A DNA stretch of 24,000 nucleotides from an uncultured Candidatus Micrarchaeota archaeon (GCA_963705375.1 OY970071.1:758208-782207); one strand, 5' to 3'; counted from the first letter of the stretch, positions 8,744 through 15,629 are shown. Numbers and translations are program-made. The notes: generated from the letters alone by a model not told the origin.

Positions 8744-8751
8744 TTTTATAT
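8744..8751. promoter_or_regulatory. possible shared, near-symmetric TATA element (TTTTATAT) in the divergent spacer
   Basis: This is the only TATA-like element between the ATG at 8699 (minus strand) and the ATG at 8791 (plus strand). It lies about 40-48 nt from each start. Confidence 0.3.
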
Positions 8752-8790
8752 GTGCAATGTGCTGACACTTCATAACATTATGGGATCTTT

Positions 8791-9015
8791 ATGGCAAAAG
8801 AAAGCACAGAGAAAAGGAGATACACCACAATAACTATACCTACCCCTCTTTATGAAAGGATACAGCTCAAGATAAAGAACACAAGCTTCTCGTCAGTATC
8901 CGACTACGTGACGTACATTTTAAGAGAGACTGGCTCTGAAGTTGCTGTGAAGAAAACCAGCAAGAAGGAAACAGCGACAATAATAGAGAAGCTAAGGGCG
9001 CTTGGATATACTTGA
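8791..9015 (+). CDS. small ribbon-helix-helix (CopG/Arc/MetJ-like) DNA-binding protein
   Basis: 74 aa. RRYTTITIPTPLYERIQLKIKNTSFSSVSDYVTYILRE fits a beta-strand/helix/helix RHH pattern. A basic linker and the tail EKLRALGYT follow. Confidence 0.6.
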   Translation: MAKESTEKRRYTTITIPTPLYERIQLKIKNTSFSSVSDYVTYILRETGSEVAVKKTSKKETATIIEKLRALGYT

Positions 9016-9071
9016 ATTAAACTACTAACATCTTCGGTCTTCTTATTCGTGACCTTATTCTGTTTTGCGAG

Positions 9072-9782
9072 TTAGTGGACAATCAGGGCGAATAGCAGCA
9101 CACCAGAAAGGCCGCCGCAGATGCCGCACAACACGTTAGACGTGTACTTGTTACCTATGCCTTTCTCCTCATAATAGCCAAGCATAGAATCCACAACACT
9201 GCCCACAAATCCTCCAAAGAGGACACTCAACACTGCGCTTGATGCTAGTGGTGTTGATGCCATATAGAGTGCCTGAAGCTGATTTATTATCAGCACCATC
9301 ATCAGCGCAACAAGTAGTGACGCCAGTATGCCTGAGAGCAGGCCAAGCAACGTCACTCCTCCTGAAGTGCCTCTCTTGACCTTCTTTAATGTAAAGATCA
9401 TCCTTGGCATACCGTCGAGTATGCCTATCTCGCTTTCAAATTTATCTGCGGTTATCGCCGCAGTGCTGGCAACGAAGCCAATTACGCAGAGTGCCTGTGC
9501 CCTTCCGGTGCCTGTCATGGCAAACGCGAAGAATGCTATTGCTGCAAGGAGTGGCGGCAGGCCGTTCGCGAGCACGTTCTTCACACCTCTCCGGTCACTT
9601 TCTATTCCAAAACGCCTCTTTTTGTAATCGTGACCAACCTTTGTCACGAAGGCAGAAAGCACTAGAAAAAGGAGCATCGTAAGTATGAAGAATGGGCCGA
9701 ATCCAAGGCCTAGAAGCATGAGGGCGATTCCCATAGTCACAGCAAGCGCGAAGCCCTTTTTATCGAGAGTAAGAAACAGCAT
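9072..9782 (-). CDS. DUF92 / TIGR00297-family integral membrane protein
   Basis: 236 aa with multiple TM helices. Family-like motifs seen: RGVKNVLANG, TADKFESEIG, VKRGTSGGVTLLGLLSG, GGFVGSVVDSMLG. Confidence 0.7.
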   Translation of the reverse strand: MLFLTLDKKGFALAVTMGIALMLLGLGFGPFFILTMLLFLVLSAFVTKVGHDYKKRRFGIESDRRGVKNVLANGLPPLLAAIAFFAFAMTGTGRAQALCVIGFVASTAAITADKFESEIGILDGMPRMIFTLKKVKRGTSGGVTLLGLLSGILASLLVALMMVLIINQLQALYMASTPLASSAVLSVLFGGFVGSVVDSMLGYYEEKGIGNKYTSNVLCGICGGLSGVLLFALIVH

Positions 9783-9885
9783 ATAATTCCATTTTTATGA
9801 AACTAACAAAGGTTTTTAAGCTTATTTTTGGATATATTGGTACGGGTTCTATACTGTAGGAAGGTCGTGAAGAACTGGTCGCCTT

Positions 9886-9911
9886 GCCAGCGTGCTTCTG
9901 AGCACGTTGGC
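9886..9911. other. 11-bp GC-rich inverted repeat / hairpin (GCCAGCGTGCT-tctg-AGCACGTTGGC) followed by a T-rich tract
   Basis: Read directly. There are 10 Watson-Crick pairs plus one G-T pair and a 4-nt loop. ACTCTTCCTTTTC follows on the plus strand. It sits in the AT-rich DUF92-radA spacer, about 40 nt upstream of the radA TATA box. Confidence 0.45.
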
Positions 9912-9950
9912 ACTCTTCCTTTTCATGTTGCATTATATGTCTCTAAAACG

Positions 9951-9959
9951 CTTATATAC
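9951..9959 (+). promoter_or_regulatory. TATA box (CTTATATAC) for radA
   Basis: Centred about 35 nt upstream of the ATG at 9990. GGTG lies 6 nt upstream of the ATG. Confidence 0.45.
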
Positions 9960-9989
9960 TTATTCTACGCTATTACTATCGGTGTTTCT

Positions 9990-10940
9990 ATGCCTAAGGA
10001 CAAAGGAGTAAAAGAATTAGAAGATCTTCCGGGCATAGGAGAGGCTACCGCCGATAAGTTGAGGACAGGTGGTGTAGACAGCATCGATAAGATAGCTGTA
10101 ATGTCTCCTTACGAGCTGAGTGAGCTTTCAGGGATAAATTCCGAAGCGGCAAAGAAGGCAGTGCAGGCCGCCCAAGAAGCCACCACTGTCAATTATGAGA
10201 CTGGCGACCAAATTCTTAACAGAAGGAAAGAAATAGGCAAGATCACAACAGGCTCGAAGGACCTTGACGATCTCATAGGTGGCGGGGTCGAGACCAACGC
10301 CATAACTGAAACGTACGGCAAATTCTCAAGCGGCAAGTCGCAACTCGGATTCCAGCTTGTGGTTGCGGTCCAACTTCCTAAGGATAAAGGCGGCCTTGAA
10401 GGCAACGTGCTGTTTATCGATACAGAAGGCACTTTCAGGCCTGAGCGCATAGAGAGCATAGCCAAGGCCTATGAGCTTGACCCTTCAACAGTGCTTGCGA
10501 ACATCATGGTCGTGCGCGCAACTACGACTGAGCAGCAGATCCTCTCCATAGACCGTGCGGACAAGCTCATCAAAGAGAAGAACATAAAGCTTATAGTGGT
10601 GGATTCTCTCACCTCGCTGTTCAGGGCAGAGTTCGTCGGCAGGGGTGCACTTGCCGAGAGGCAGCAGAAATTGAATCAGATGATCCACAGGCTGCAAATG
10701 CTGGCCGACACGCACAGCCTTGCAGTGTACATCACAAACCAAGTGATGGACAACCCTGCAATACTTTTCGGAGATCCTACGACGCCGATAGGCGGCAACG
10801 TCCTGGCGCATGCTGCTACCACAAGGCTTTATCTCAGAAAAAGCAAGGAGGACAAGCGCATAGTTCGTCTTGTCGACTCGCCAAGCATGCCTGAAGGTGA
10901 GTGTGTGATAAAGATAACTCTCAACGGCGTGAAAGACTGA
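9990..10940 (+). CDS. radA: DNA repair and recombination protein RadA
   Basis: From the ATG at 9990: MPKDKGVKELEDLPGIGEATADKLRTGGV (HhH domain). Walker A is GKFSSGKSQ and Walker B is KLIVVDSLTSLFRAEF, followed by ITNQV and GGNVLAHAATTRLYLRK. The track ORF starts at a TTG at 9828, but that extension is non-homologous and spans the promoter. Confidence 0.92.
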   Translation: MPKDKGVKELEDLPGIGEATADKLRTGGVDSIDKIAVMSPYELSELSGINSEAAKKAVQAAQEATTVNYETGDQILNRRKEIGKITTGSKDLDDLIGGGVETNAITETYGKFSSGKSQLGFQLVVAVQLPKDKGGLEGNVLFIDTEGTFRPERIESIAKAYELDPSTVLANIMVVRATTTEQQILSIDRADKLIKEKNIKLIVVDSLTSLFRAEFVGRGALAERQQKLNQMIHRLQMLADTHSLAVYITNQVMDNPAILFGDPTTPIGGNVLAHAATTRLYLRKSKEDKRIVRLVDSPSMPEGECVIKITLNGVKD

Positions 10941-11009
10941 TCGGCGTGCTCTTCATAAGTTTCTTCGCCGCGGATTTCATGGATTGTGTGCAGGAATGAG
11001 TTGGTATTT

Positions 11010-11768
11010 GTGCTGTTCTTAGTGGGTATAGGGCTGTGTGAAGACGACATAACTTTAAAGGCAAAGGATGTGTGCAGCAGATGCGATCTGTTTCTTGAGC
11101 GCTACACAAGCCTTGTAGATGACAACCGCATAAAATTCATCGAAAAACTTTTCGGAAAACGCATCCAGCAGCTAGATCGGGCAGACATGGAAGAGGATAA
11201 CAAGGTTATTCTAGAGTTGGCAAAAAACAACGACGTTGCGGTGCTGATAAGCGGAGATCCTCTCGTTGCAACAACACACAAGATTCTGTACATAGATGCC
11301 AAGAAGCTCGGCATAAAGGTCGAGGTCGTGCATGCAGCATCGGTGATGAGCGTTGCCATAGGTGAGAGCGGTCTCGACTTCTACAGGTTCGGCAAAGTTT
11401 GCACGATACCCAAATGGCATGTACACTATTCGCCTGTATCTTTCTACGAGACGATACGACTCAACATGCAGAACAACGAGCATTCTCTGGTGCTGCTTGA
11501 TTACGACCCAATAGTTGAGAGTTCGCTGCAGATGCCTGATGTCGTAAAGGAGCTAAAAGCAGCAGAATCTGAATACAAGTCTGGCATCGTCACCAGCGAA
11601 ACGATGGTCGTTGTCCTTAACAACCTCTCACAGTCGCAGGCGGTCAAGGCCTTTGTGAAGTTTGGCGAGCTCGAGAAGCTGAACATTAATAAAGGCCCAA
11701 CTGTAATAATTATTCCTGCCAAGCTCACAAGCATAGAGCAGGAGGTCTTGGACAGCATATATCGGTGA
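11010..11768 (+). CDS. dph5: diphthine synthase
   Basis: Motifs seen: LFLVGIGLCEDDITLKAKDVCSRCDLFLERYTS, VAVLISGDPLVATTH, ESGLDFYRFGK, and a tetrapyrrole-methylase-like fold. There is no in-frame ATG near the N-terminus. The candidates are GTG at 10986, TTG at 11001 and GTG at 11010. I chose 11010 because Dph5 proteins normally begin M-L-x-x-I-G-L-G-L. Confidence 0.85.
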   Translation: MLFLVGIGLCEDDITLKAKDVCSRCDLFLERYTSLVDDNRIKFIEKLFGKRIQQLDRADMEEDNKVILELAKNNDVAVLISGDPLVATTHKILYIDAKKLGIKVEVVHAASVMSVAIGESGLDFYRFGKVCTIPKWHVHYSPVSFYETIRLNMQNNEHSLVLLDYDPIVESSLQMPDVVKELKAAESEYKSGIVTSETMVVVLNNLSQSQAVKAFVKFGELEKLNINKGPTVIIIPAKLTSIEQEVLDSIYR

Positions 11769-11772
11769 TTTG

Positions 11773-12939
11773 ATGCCTTTGCAACTAAGTTTCGACAAAA
11801 AAACAGGAGGCATCTACACAGTAGATCAGTCCACAAAGGATGTGCTGACTAGCGGATACTTTGGAGTTGCTCATGAAGATAGGCTTTCGCTCGCGCCTGA
11901 AGAAGGCCTCTTCTTGATGGATGTTAGGAATGCCGTGTGTGTATCTGCGAAGGAGGAGAAACCTCTGTCTTTCAACGAGATAGCCCAGGAATTCAGCACG
12001 GGAAATAAATTCCTAGCACGCTATTTCACATACAAGGATTGGCGCGATCGTGGACTCATAATAAAAAAGCCGGATCACACCTCTGCCGAAGGGAGCGTTC
12101 TTCCTGTTAAGAGCTATCGCGCCTCAAAACTGAAGCTTAAGGACTATTCAATGGATGGGGTTTTCTTCCCTGCAGACATGATGACGATAGTGGATGATGA
12201 GGTGCAGGGCAAACTCATCTACGAAGAGCACTGGTTCGGTCAGTATGGGACCTATAAGACCAACGACCATGGCGTGCTGAACAAACTGGACGTGTATGAA
12301 ACCCTCTTTCTCATAGACTGCGACGTCCTGCGCATCAAGAACTTCAGCCGCAAAGACATAGCAGAGCTTGCAAGCAAGCGCAGATCCGATTTCCAGAAGC
12401 TCTATGACGTGTACAAGGACTGGCGCAGCCGCGGCTATGTGATCAAGACCGGATTCAAGTTCGGGACCCACTTCCGGGTGTACTTTCCGCAAGCACAACC
12501 GATGAAGAAGGACGAGAGTTGGGTGCATTCGAGGCACGTCATCCATGTATTTCCAAGAGACGCCAAGCTGCTCATATCAGAATGGGCCCGGGTTATCAGG
12601 GTCGCCCATTCTGTAAGGAAAACTTTCATACTTGCGATACCTGGAAAAATCAGGAAGAAGCGCCTTGCGATAGATTTTGTGCTTTATCATAGGAAGGGCA
12701 ACGGCATAGAGACTCCAAACACCGGAAGCCCGAGATATGCGATGCTTTCTCTGAGCGAAGAGGAGTATCTTGGCGGCAGCGAACTTTCTGCAATAATCAA
12801 CGATGCAGGAGAGCATAAACTGGAACTTATAATTGCAATCGCAGACAGAGAGACCGCTGTGACATATTATAGGGTCAAGAAGATAGAACTTCAGGGCAGC
12901 GAATACGAGTATTATGAGATAGACTGGATGCAGCCGTAG
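11773..12939 (+). CDS. endA: tRNA-splicing endonuclease, unusually long multi-unit form
   Basis: 388 aa from the ATG at 11773. It contains one complete catalytic unit: YDVYKDWRSRGYVIKTGFKFGTHFRVYFP...WVHSRHVIHV...RVAHSVRKTFILAI (Tyr/His/Lys). There is an N-terminal degenerate unit (LSLAPEEGLFLM...ARYFTYKDWRDRGLIIKK...TIVDDEVQGKLIYEEHW). There is also a C-terminal extra unit (IDFVLYHRKG...ELSAIINDAGEHKLELIIAIADRETAVTYYRV). Confidence 0.85.
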   Translation: MPLQLSFDKKTGGIYTVDQSTKDVLTSGYFGVAHEDRLSLAPEEGLFLMDVRNAVCVSAKEEKPLSFNEIAQEFSTGNKFLARYFTYKDWRDRGLIIKKPDHTSAEGSVLPVKSYRASKLKLKDYSMDGVFFPADMMTIVDDEVQGKLIYEEHWFGQYGTYKTNDHGVLNKLDVYETLFLIDCDVLRIKNFSRKDIAELASKRRSDFQKLYDVYKDWRSRGYVIKTGFKFGTHFRVYFPQAQPMKKDESWVHSRHVIHVFPRDAKLLISEWARVIRVAHSVRKTFILAIPGKIRKKRLAIDFVLYHRKGNGIETPNTGSPRYAMLSLSEEEYLGGSELSAIINDAGEHKLELIIAIADRETAVTYYRVKKIELQGSEYEYYEIDWMQP

Positions 12940-12947
12940 GTGGGCAT

Positions 12948-13253
12948 GTGGCTGATTCGAAAGTTTACTTGATTGTTCATGGAGTAGTGCAGGGTGTCGG
13001 ATACAGGCATCTTGTGCGCACAATGGCGATACGGCACAGCATACGCGGCTTTGTGAAGAATGACGAAGACGGCAGCGTAGGCATAGTTGCGATGGGTCCT
13101 GCGGACGAATTAGAGCAGTTCATTCGCGATATAGACGTGCACTTTTCTGCCGGGCCATCTGTGGTACATATAGAACGGCCATCAGAAACTCCGAAAGGCT
13201 TCCCAGAAACGGACTCAATCGACAAACAGTCAAGGTTTATGATAATAGAATGA
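12948..13253 (+). CDS. acyP: acylphosphatase
   Basis: 101 aa with a GTG start. The signature VYLIVHGVVQGVGYRHLV...IRGFVKNDEDGSVGIV is present. Confidence 0.85.
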   Translation: MADSKVYLIVHGVVQGVGYRHLVRTMAIRHSIRGFVKNDEDGSVGIVAMGPADELEQFIRDIDVHFSAGPSVVHIERPSETPKGFPETDSIDKQSRFMIIE

Positions 13254-13254
13254 G

Positions 13255-13365
13255 CGGGCCCGGGGGGATTTTCAGAACGCCTAGCTTTTGGCTGGGCTTT
13301 ATTTTTTGAACCCCCGACCTACCGGTTAAGAGCCGGCCGCTCTAACCTACCTGAGCCACGGGCCC
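13255..13365 (-). tRNA. tRNA-Lys (anticodon CUU) with a roughly 36-nt intron inside the T-loop
   Basis: The minus strand reads GGGCCCG TG GCTC AGGTAGGTTA GAGC G GCCGG CTCTTAA CCGGT AGGTC GGGGG TTCAAA[AAATAAAGCCCAGCCAAAAGCTAGGCGTTCTGAAA]AT CCCCC CGGGCCC G. All four stems pair, with one G-U pair. 43 nt lie between the T-stem halves instead of 7. No CCA is encoded. An AT-rich TATA-like element (AAAGAATAATAAG) lies about 25-35 nt upstream. Confidence 0.85.
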
Positions 13366-13529
13366 TGATTAGCTTGACACGCACAGGCTTATTATTCTTT
13401 GTGGAGACGAGCCCTTTGGCGGCGAGGACATTCCCGTAGCAGTCTTTGAGTTACTTCCTTTTGCTCTTAGTTATAGTGATCACAAACACGACTGCAACGA
13501 GCAGAAGTGTATAAATATTTGCCAAATAC

Positions 13530-13952
13530 TTGTTTAGTGTGGAGGCGTTTACTGTGGCTGCAAAATACAAAATTGGGCAAGAAAGCGCATGGCTTACCCT
13601 GGAATTCGAAAAATGCATAAAATCAAACAATGTGGCATGCTGGGAATTTCAGGTTAAGACACTCTTAAAATTCGACTATCGCATTCCAGAAGCAGTTGTG
13701 GCAGTAATAAACGAACTAGAAAATCAGCCAAAAGAAGTGCCAATAACCATAACCCCTGCAATATTGGATAAACTTAAGGGCGTAGATGTGATTGATAGGG
13801 ACTTTACAGTGACGCTCGTAGGTACTTATTATATACGCGGAGATGCGTTCTTGGCCGCATGGAATGCGAGAAGTATTATGCTCTGTGAAGACATGCTGGC
13901 GCATATGACTTTTGACAGCGCAAAGCTTCCGAAGCTTAGAAAAGAGCGGTAA
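13530..13952 (+). CDS. hypothetical protein (orphan; no motif recognised)
   Basis: 140-codon ORF with no in-frame ATG near the 5' end, only TTG at 13530 and GTG at 13539 or 13554. TATAAATA at 13510-13517 could act as a promoter for a leaderless GTG start. I recognise no family. Confidence 0.4.
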   Translation: MFSVEAFTVAAKYKIGQESAWLTLEFEKCIKSNNVACWEFQVKTLLKFDYRIPEAVVAVINELENQPKEVPITITPAILDKLKGVDVIDRDFTVTLVGTYYIRGDAFLAAWNARSIMLCEDMLAHMTFDSAKLPKLRKER

Positions 13953-13972
13953 GGTATTGTAGCCGTGTTCGT

Positions 13973-15238
13973 TCATTTCTTGCTTTTCTTAACGAAACCA
14001 TCTATGATGTCGTCAAACTCCGTGCCTTTCGGCTTTAGCTCGTAGCTAACCTGCACTATTGGCTTTGTCACATTTATCAAGCTCCTGAGGTTTATGGGGG
14101 TTGCAGACACCACTACGTCGCAATCCGCGTTGTTAACAGTGGCTTCCAGGTCACGCACTTCTTTTGGACTGTATCCCATAGCAGGCAGCTCTTGGTCAAG
14201 CTTCGGGAACCTTTCGAACACCTTTTTTATTGAGCCGACTGCATATTTCTTTGCACTGATGATTTCCTTTGCACCATACGTCTCAGCAGCAACCCTTCCA
14301 GCACCAAACAGCATGTTGCCGTGCGTTATCGTCGGACCGTCCTCTATGGCGAGCACACGTTTTCCCTTTATGATCCTCGGATTGTCCGGAGTGATAATGG
14401 AGTCTGCATACACTAACTTTGCATTTCTGTTTATGGAACGCAGATTTGTATCCAGTCTTTCCAACTGTTCCTTTGTGGCTGAATTTACCTTGTTTATCAC
14501 CAGAACATCCGCCATTCTGACTGACGTCTCTCCCGGATAATATGAAAGCTCATTGCCGACCCTCAAAGGGTCTGCGACTGTTATCAGCAGATCGGGCTTT
14601 ATGAACGGCAAGTCATTATTGCCTCCATCCCATAAAACTATATCTGCTTCTTTCTCTGCTTCACTCAAAATCTTGGCGTAGTCCACGCCCGCGAACACCA
14701 CAAACTTGTTTTTTATGTGCGGTTCGTATTCTTCCCGCTCTTCTATCGTTGTTTTGTGTTTTTCCAGGTCCTTTAGCGTTTCAAATCTTTGCACAATCTG
14801 TTCCTTTAACACCCCATAAGGCATCGGATGCCTTATCACTGCTACTTTCAAACCAGCGTTGCGTATGCGGCTTGCTATGTATCTGGACGTCTGGCTCTTG
14901 CCGCTGCCTGTCCGAACTGCGCAGACGGCTATCACGGGTTTGGTCGACTTAAGATAGGTGTGTTCTGGAGCAACAAGCCAAAAATCAGAGCCGTTTGAGT
15001 TCGCTATGCTCGCCTTGTGCATCACCTCCACATCGTCAAGGTCGCTGTATGACTGTACGCACACATCTACCTTGAATTTTTTGATCAACGTGGGCAATTC
15101 CGACTCATCAAATATATTTATGCCATCAGGATATAGCGTACCTGCAAGCTCTTTCGGATACATACGGTTAGATATGTAGGGTATCTGCGCCGCGGTAAAC
15201 GCTACCACTTCGTATTCGCCATTATCCCTGAACAGCAT
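13973..15238 (-). CDS. COG2403-family protein (cyclic 2,3-diphosphoglycerate synthetase-like / predicted P-loop NTPase), as delimited by the first ATG after an in-frame TAG
   Basis: 421 aa. Family-typical blocks seen: FRDNGEYEVVAFTAAQIPYI, AVRTGSGKSQTSRY, VIRHPMPYG, TIEEREEYEPHI, VFAGVDYAKIL, WDGGNNDLPF. Confidence 0.85.
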   Translation of the reverse strand: MLFRDNGEYEVVAFTAAQIPYISNRMYPKELAGTLYPDGINIFDESELPTLIKKFKVDVCVQSYSDLDDVEVMHKASIANSNGSDFWLVAPEHTYLKSTKPVIAVCAVRTGSGKSQTSRYIASRIRNAGLKVAVIRHPMPYGVLKEQIVQRFETLKDLEKHKTTIEEREEYEPHIKNKFVVFAGVDYAKILSEAEKEADIVLWDGGNNDLPFIKPDLLITVADPLRVGNELSYYPGETSVRMADVLVINKVNSATKEQLERLDTNLRSINRNAKLVYADSIITPDNPRIIKGKRVLAIEDGPTITHGNMLFGAGRVAAETYGAKEIISAKKYAVGSIKKVFERFPKLDQELPAMGYSPKEVRDLEATVNNADCDVVVSATPINLRSLINVTKPIVQVSYELKPKGTEFDDIIDGFVKKSKK

Positions 15239-15316
15239 GTTGAAGTTATGGAAAGCGCGGATCTATGCAGACCTATCGCGTCCTGCTGCCCCGATAACGA
15301 TGACCTTTTTTGCCAT
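15239..15316 (-). other. in-frame upstream segment of the COG2403 gene: ATG at 15316, then MAKKVIVIGAAGRDRSA-TAG-IRAFHNFN, joining the ORF at 15238
   Basis: Codon-by-codon reading of the minus strand. The TAG is at 15265-15263. The conserved-looking N-terminal nucleotide-binding strand VIVIGAAGRD and the FHNFN block are separated by 21 nt (RSA-stop-IRA). TATA-like elements at about 15350-15370 sit upstream of the 15316 ATG, not the 15238 ATG. Confidence 0.6.
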
Positions 15317-15524
15317 ATCATTTCACCATTTCAATCATATTCACCTAGGAATATACAAACTTTATATCTTCCGAATTTTTAGAACGCGCTTGCTTATGCA
15401 TTGGCATCGCTTCTGTATCGTAAAGAACAGACAATCTAAAGACGCCTGTATTGCTATCAAGCTTCGTAAATGCGCACATTCCGAAGATTTAATAACATGT
15501 ACTTAATATCTGATAATGTTTTGA

Positions 15525-15629
15525 ATGCATGGGAAAACTAAGAGATCTCAATCTGCCATGGAGTATCTCATGACGTACGGCTGGGCGATTCTGGTTATTG
15601 CTGTCGTACTTGCTTCTCTGTTTGGGTTG
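15525..15629 (+). other. class III signal peptide / pilin N-terminal hydrophobic helix
   Basis: A short basic leader (KTKRS) is followed by QSAMEYLMTYGWAILVIAVVLASLF. This is the archaeal prepilin-peptidase substrate pattern. Confidence 0.8.

Noticed and set aside
9866-9901. Possible C/D-box sRNA: GTGAAGA (C-box-like, one mismatch to RUGAUGA) at 9867-9873 and CTGA at 9898-9901.
   Set aside because: The CTGA sits in the loop of the 11-bp hairpin. There are no C'/D' boxes and no terminal stem in the expected arrangement. The spacing and mismatch make a C/D sRNA unlikely.
9828-9989. 54-codon N-terminal extension of the RadA ORF from a TTG start.
   Set aside because: The extension has no RadA homology and spans the TATA box (9951-9959) and the 9886-9911 hairpin. 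The ATG at 9990 yields the canonical HhH-domain N-terminus.
12584-12592. A 9-nt match (GGGCCCGGG) between the endA coding region and the tRNA-Lys acceptor/T-stem region (13256-13264), considered as a possible att-site duplication.
   Set aside because: The match is too short and GC-palindromic to be significant. It lies inside an intact coding sequence, and no integrase or element boundaries are present.
13451-13570. Minus-strand reading frame ending ...NIYTLLLVAVVFVITITKSKRK-stop. It resembles a C-terminal membrane anchor with a basic tail.
   Set aside because: There is no ATG, only a possible TTG giving 39 aa. The frame is closed upstream by a stop at 13595-13597, and it overlaps the putative promoter and start of the plus-strand ORF. 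It could be a remnant of a surface-protein gene, but the sequence alone does not support a call.
15263-15265. TAG read as pyrrolysine or as a genome-wide reassigned sense codon.
   Set aside because: TAG terminates at least four well-delimited genes in this window (HMGCS at 518, maf at 6216, endA at 12937, radical SAM at 18354) at positions matching normal protein ends. No pyl genes are visible. Local disruption or error is more parsimonious, though site-specific readthrough cannot be excluded from sequence alone.
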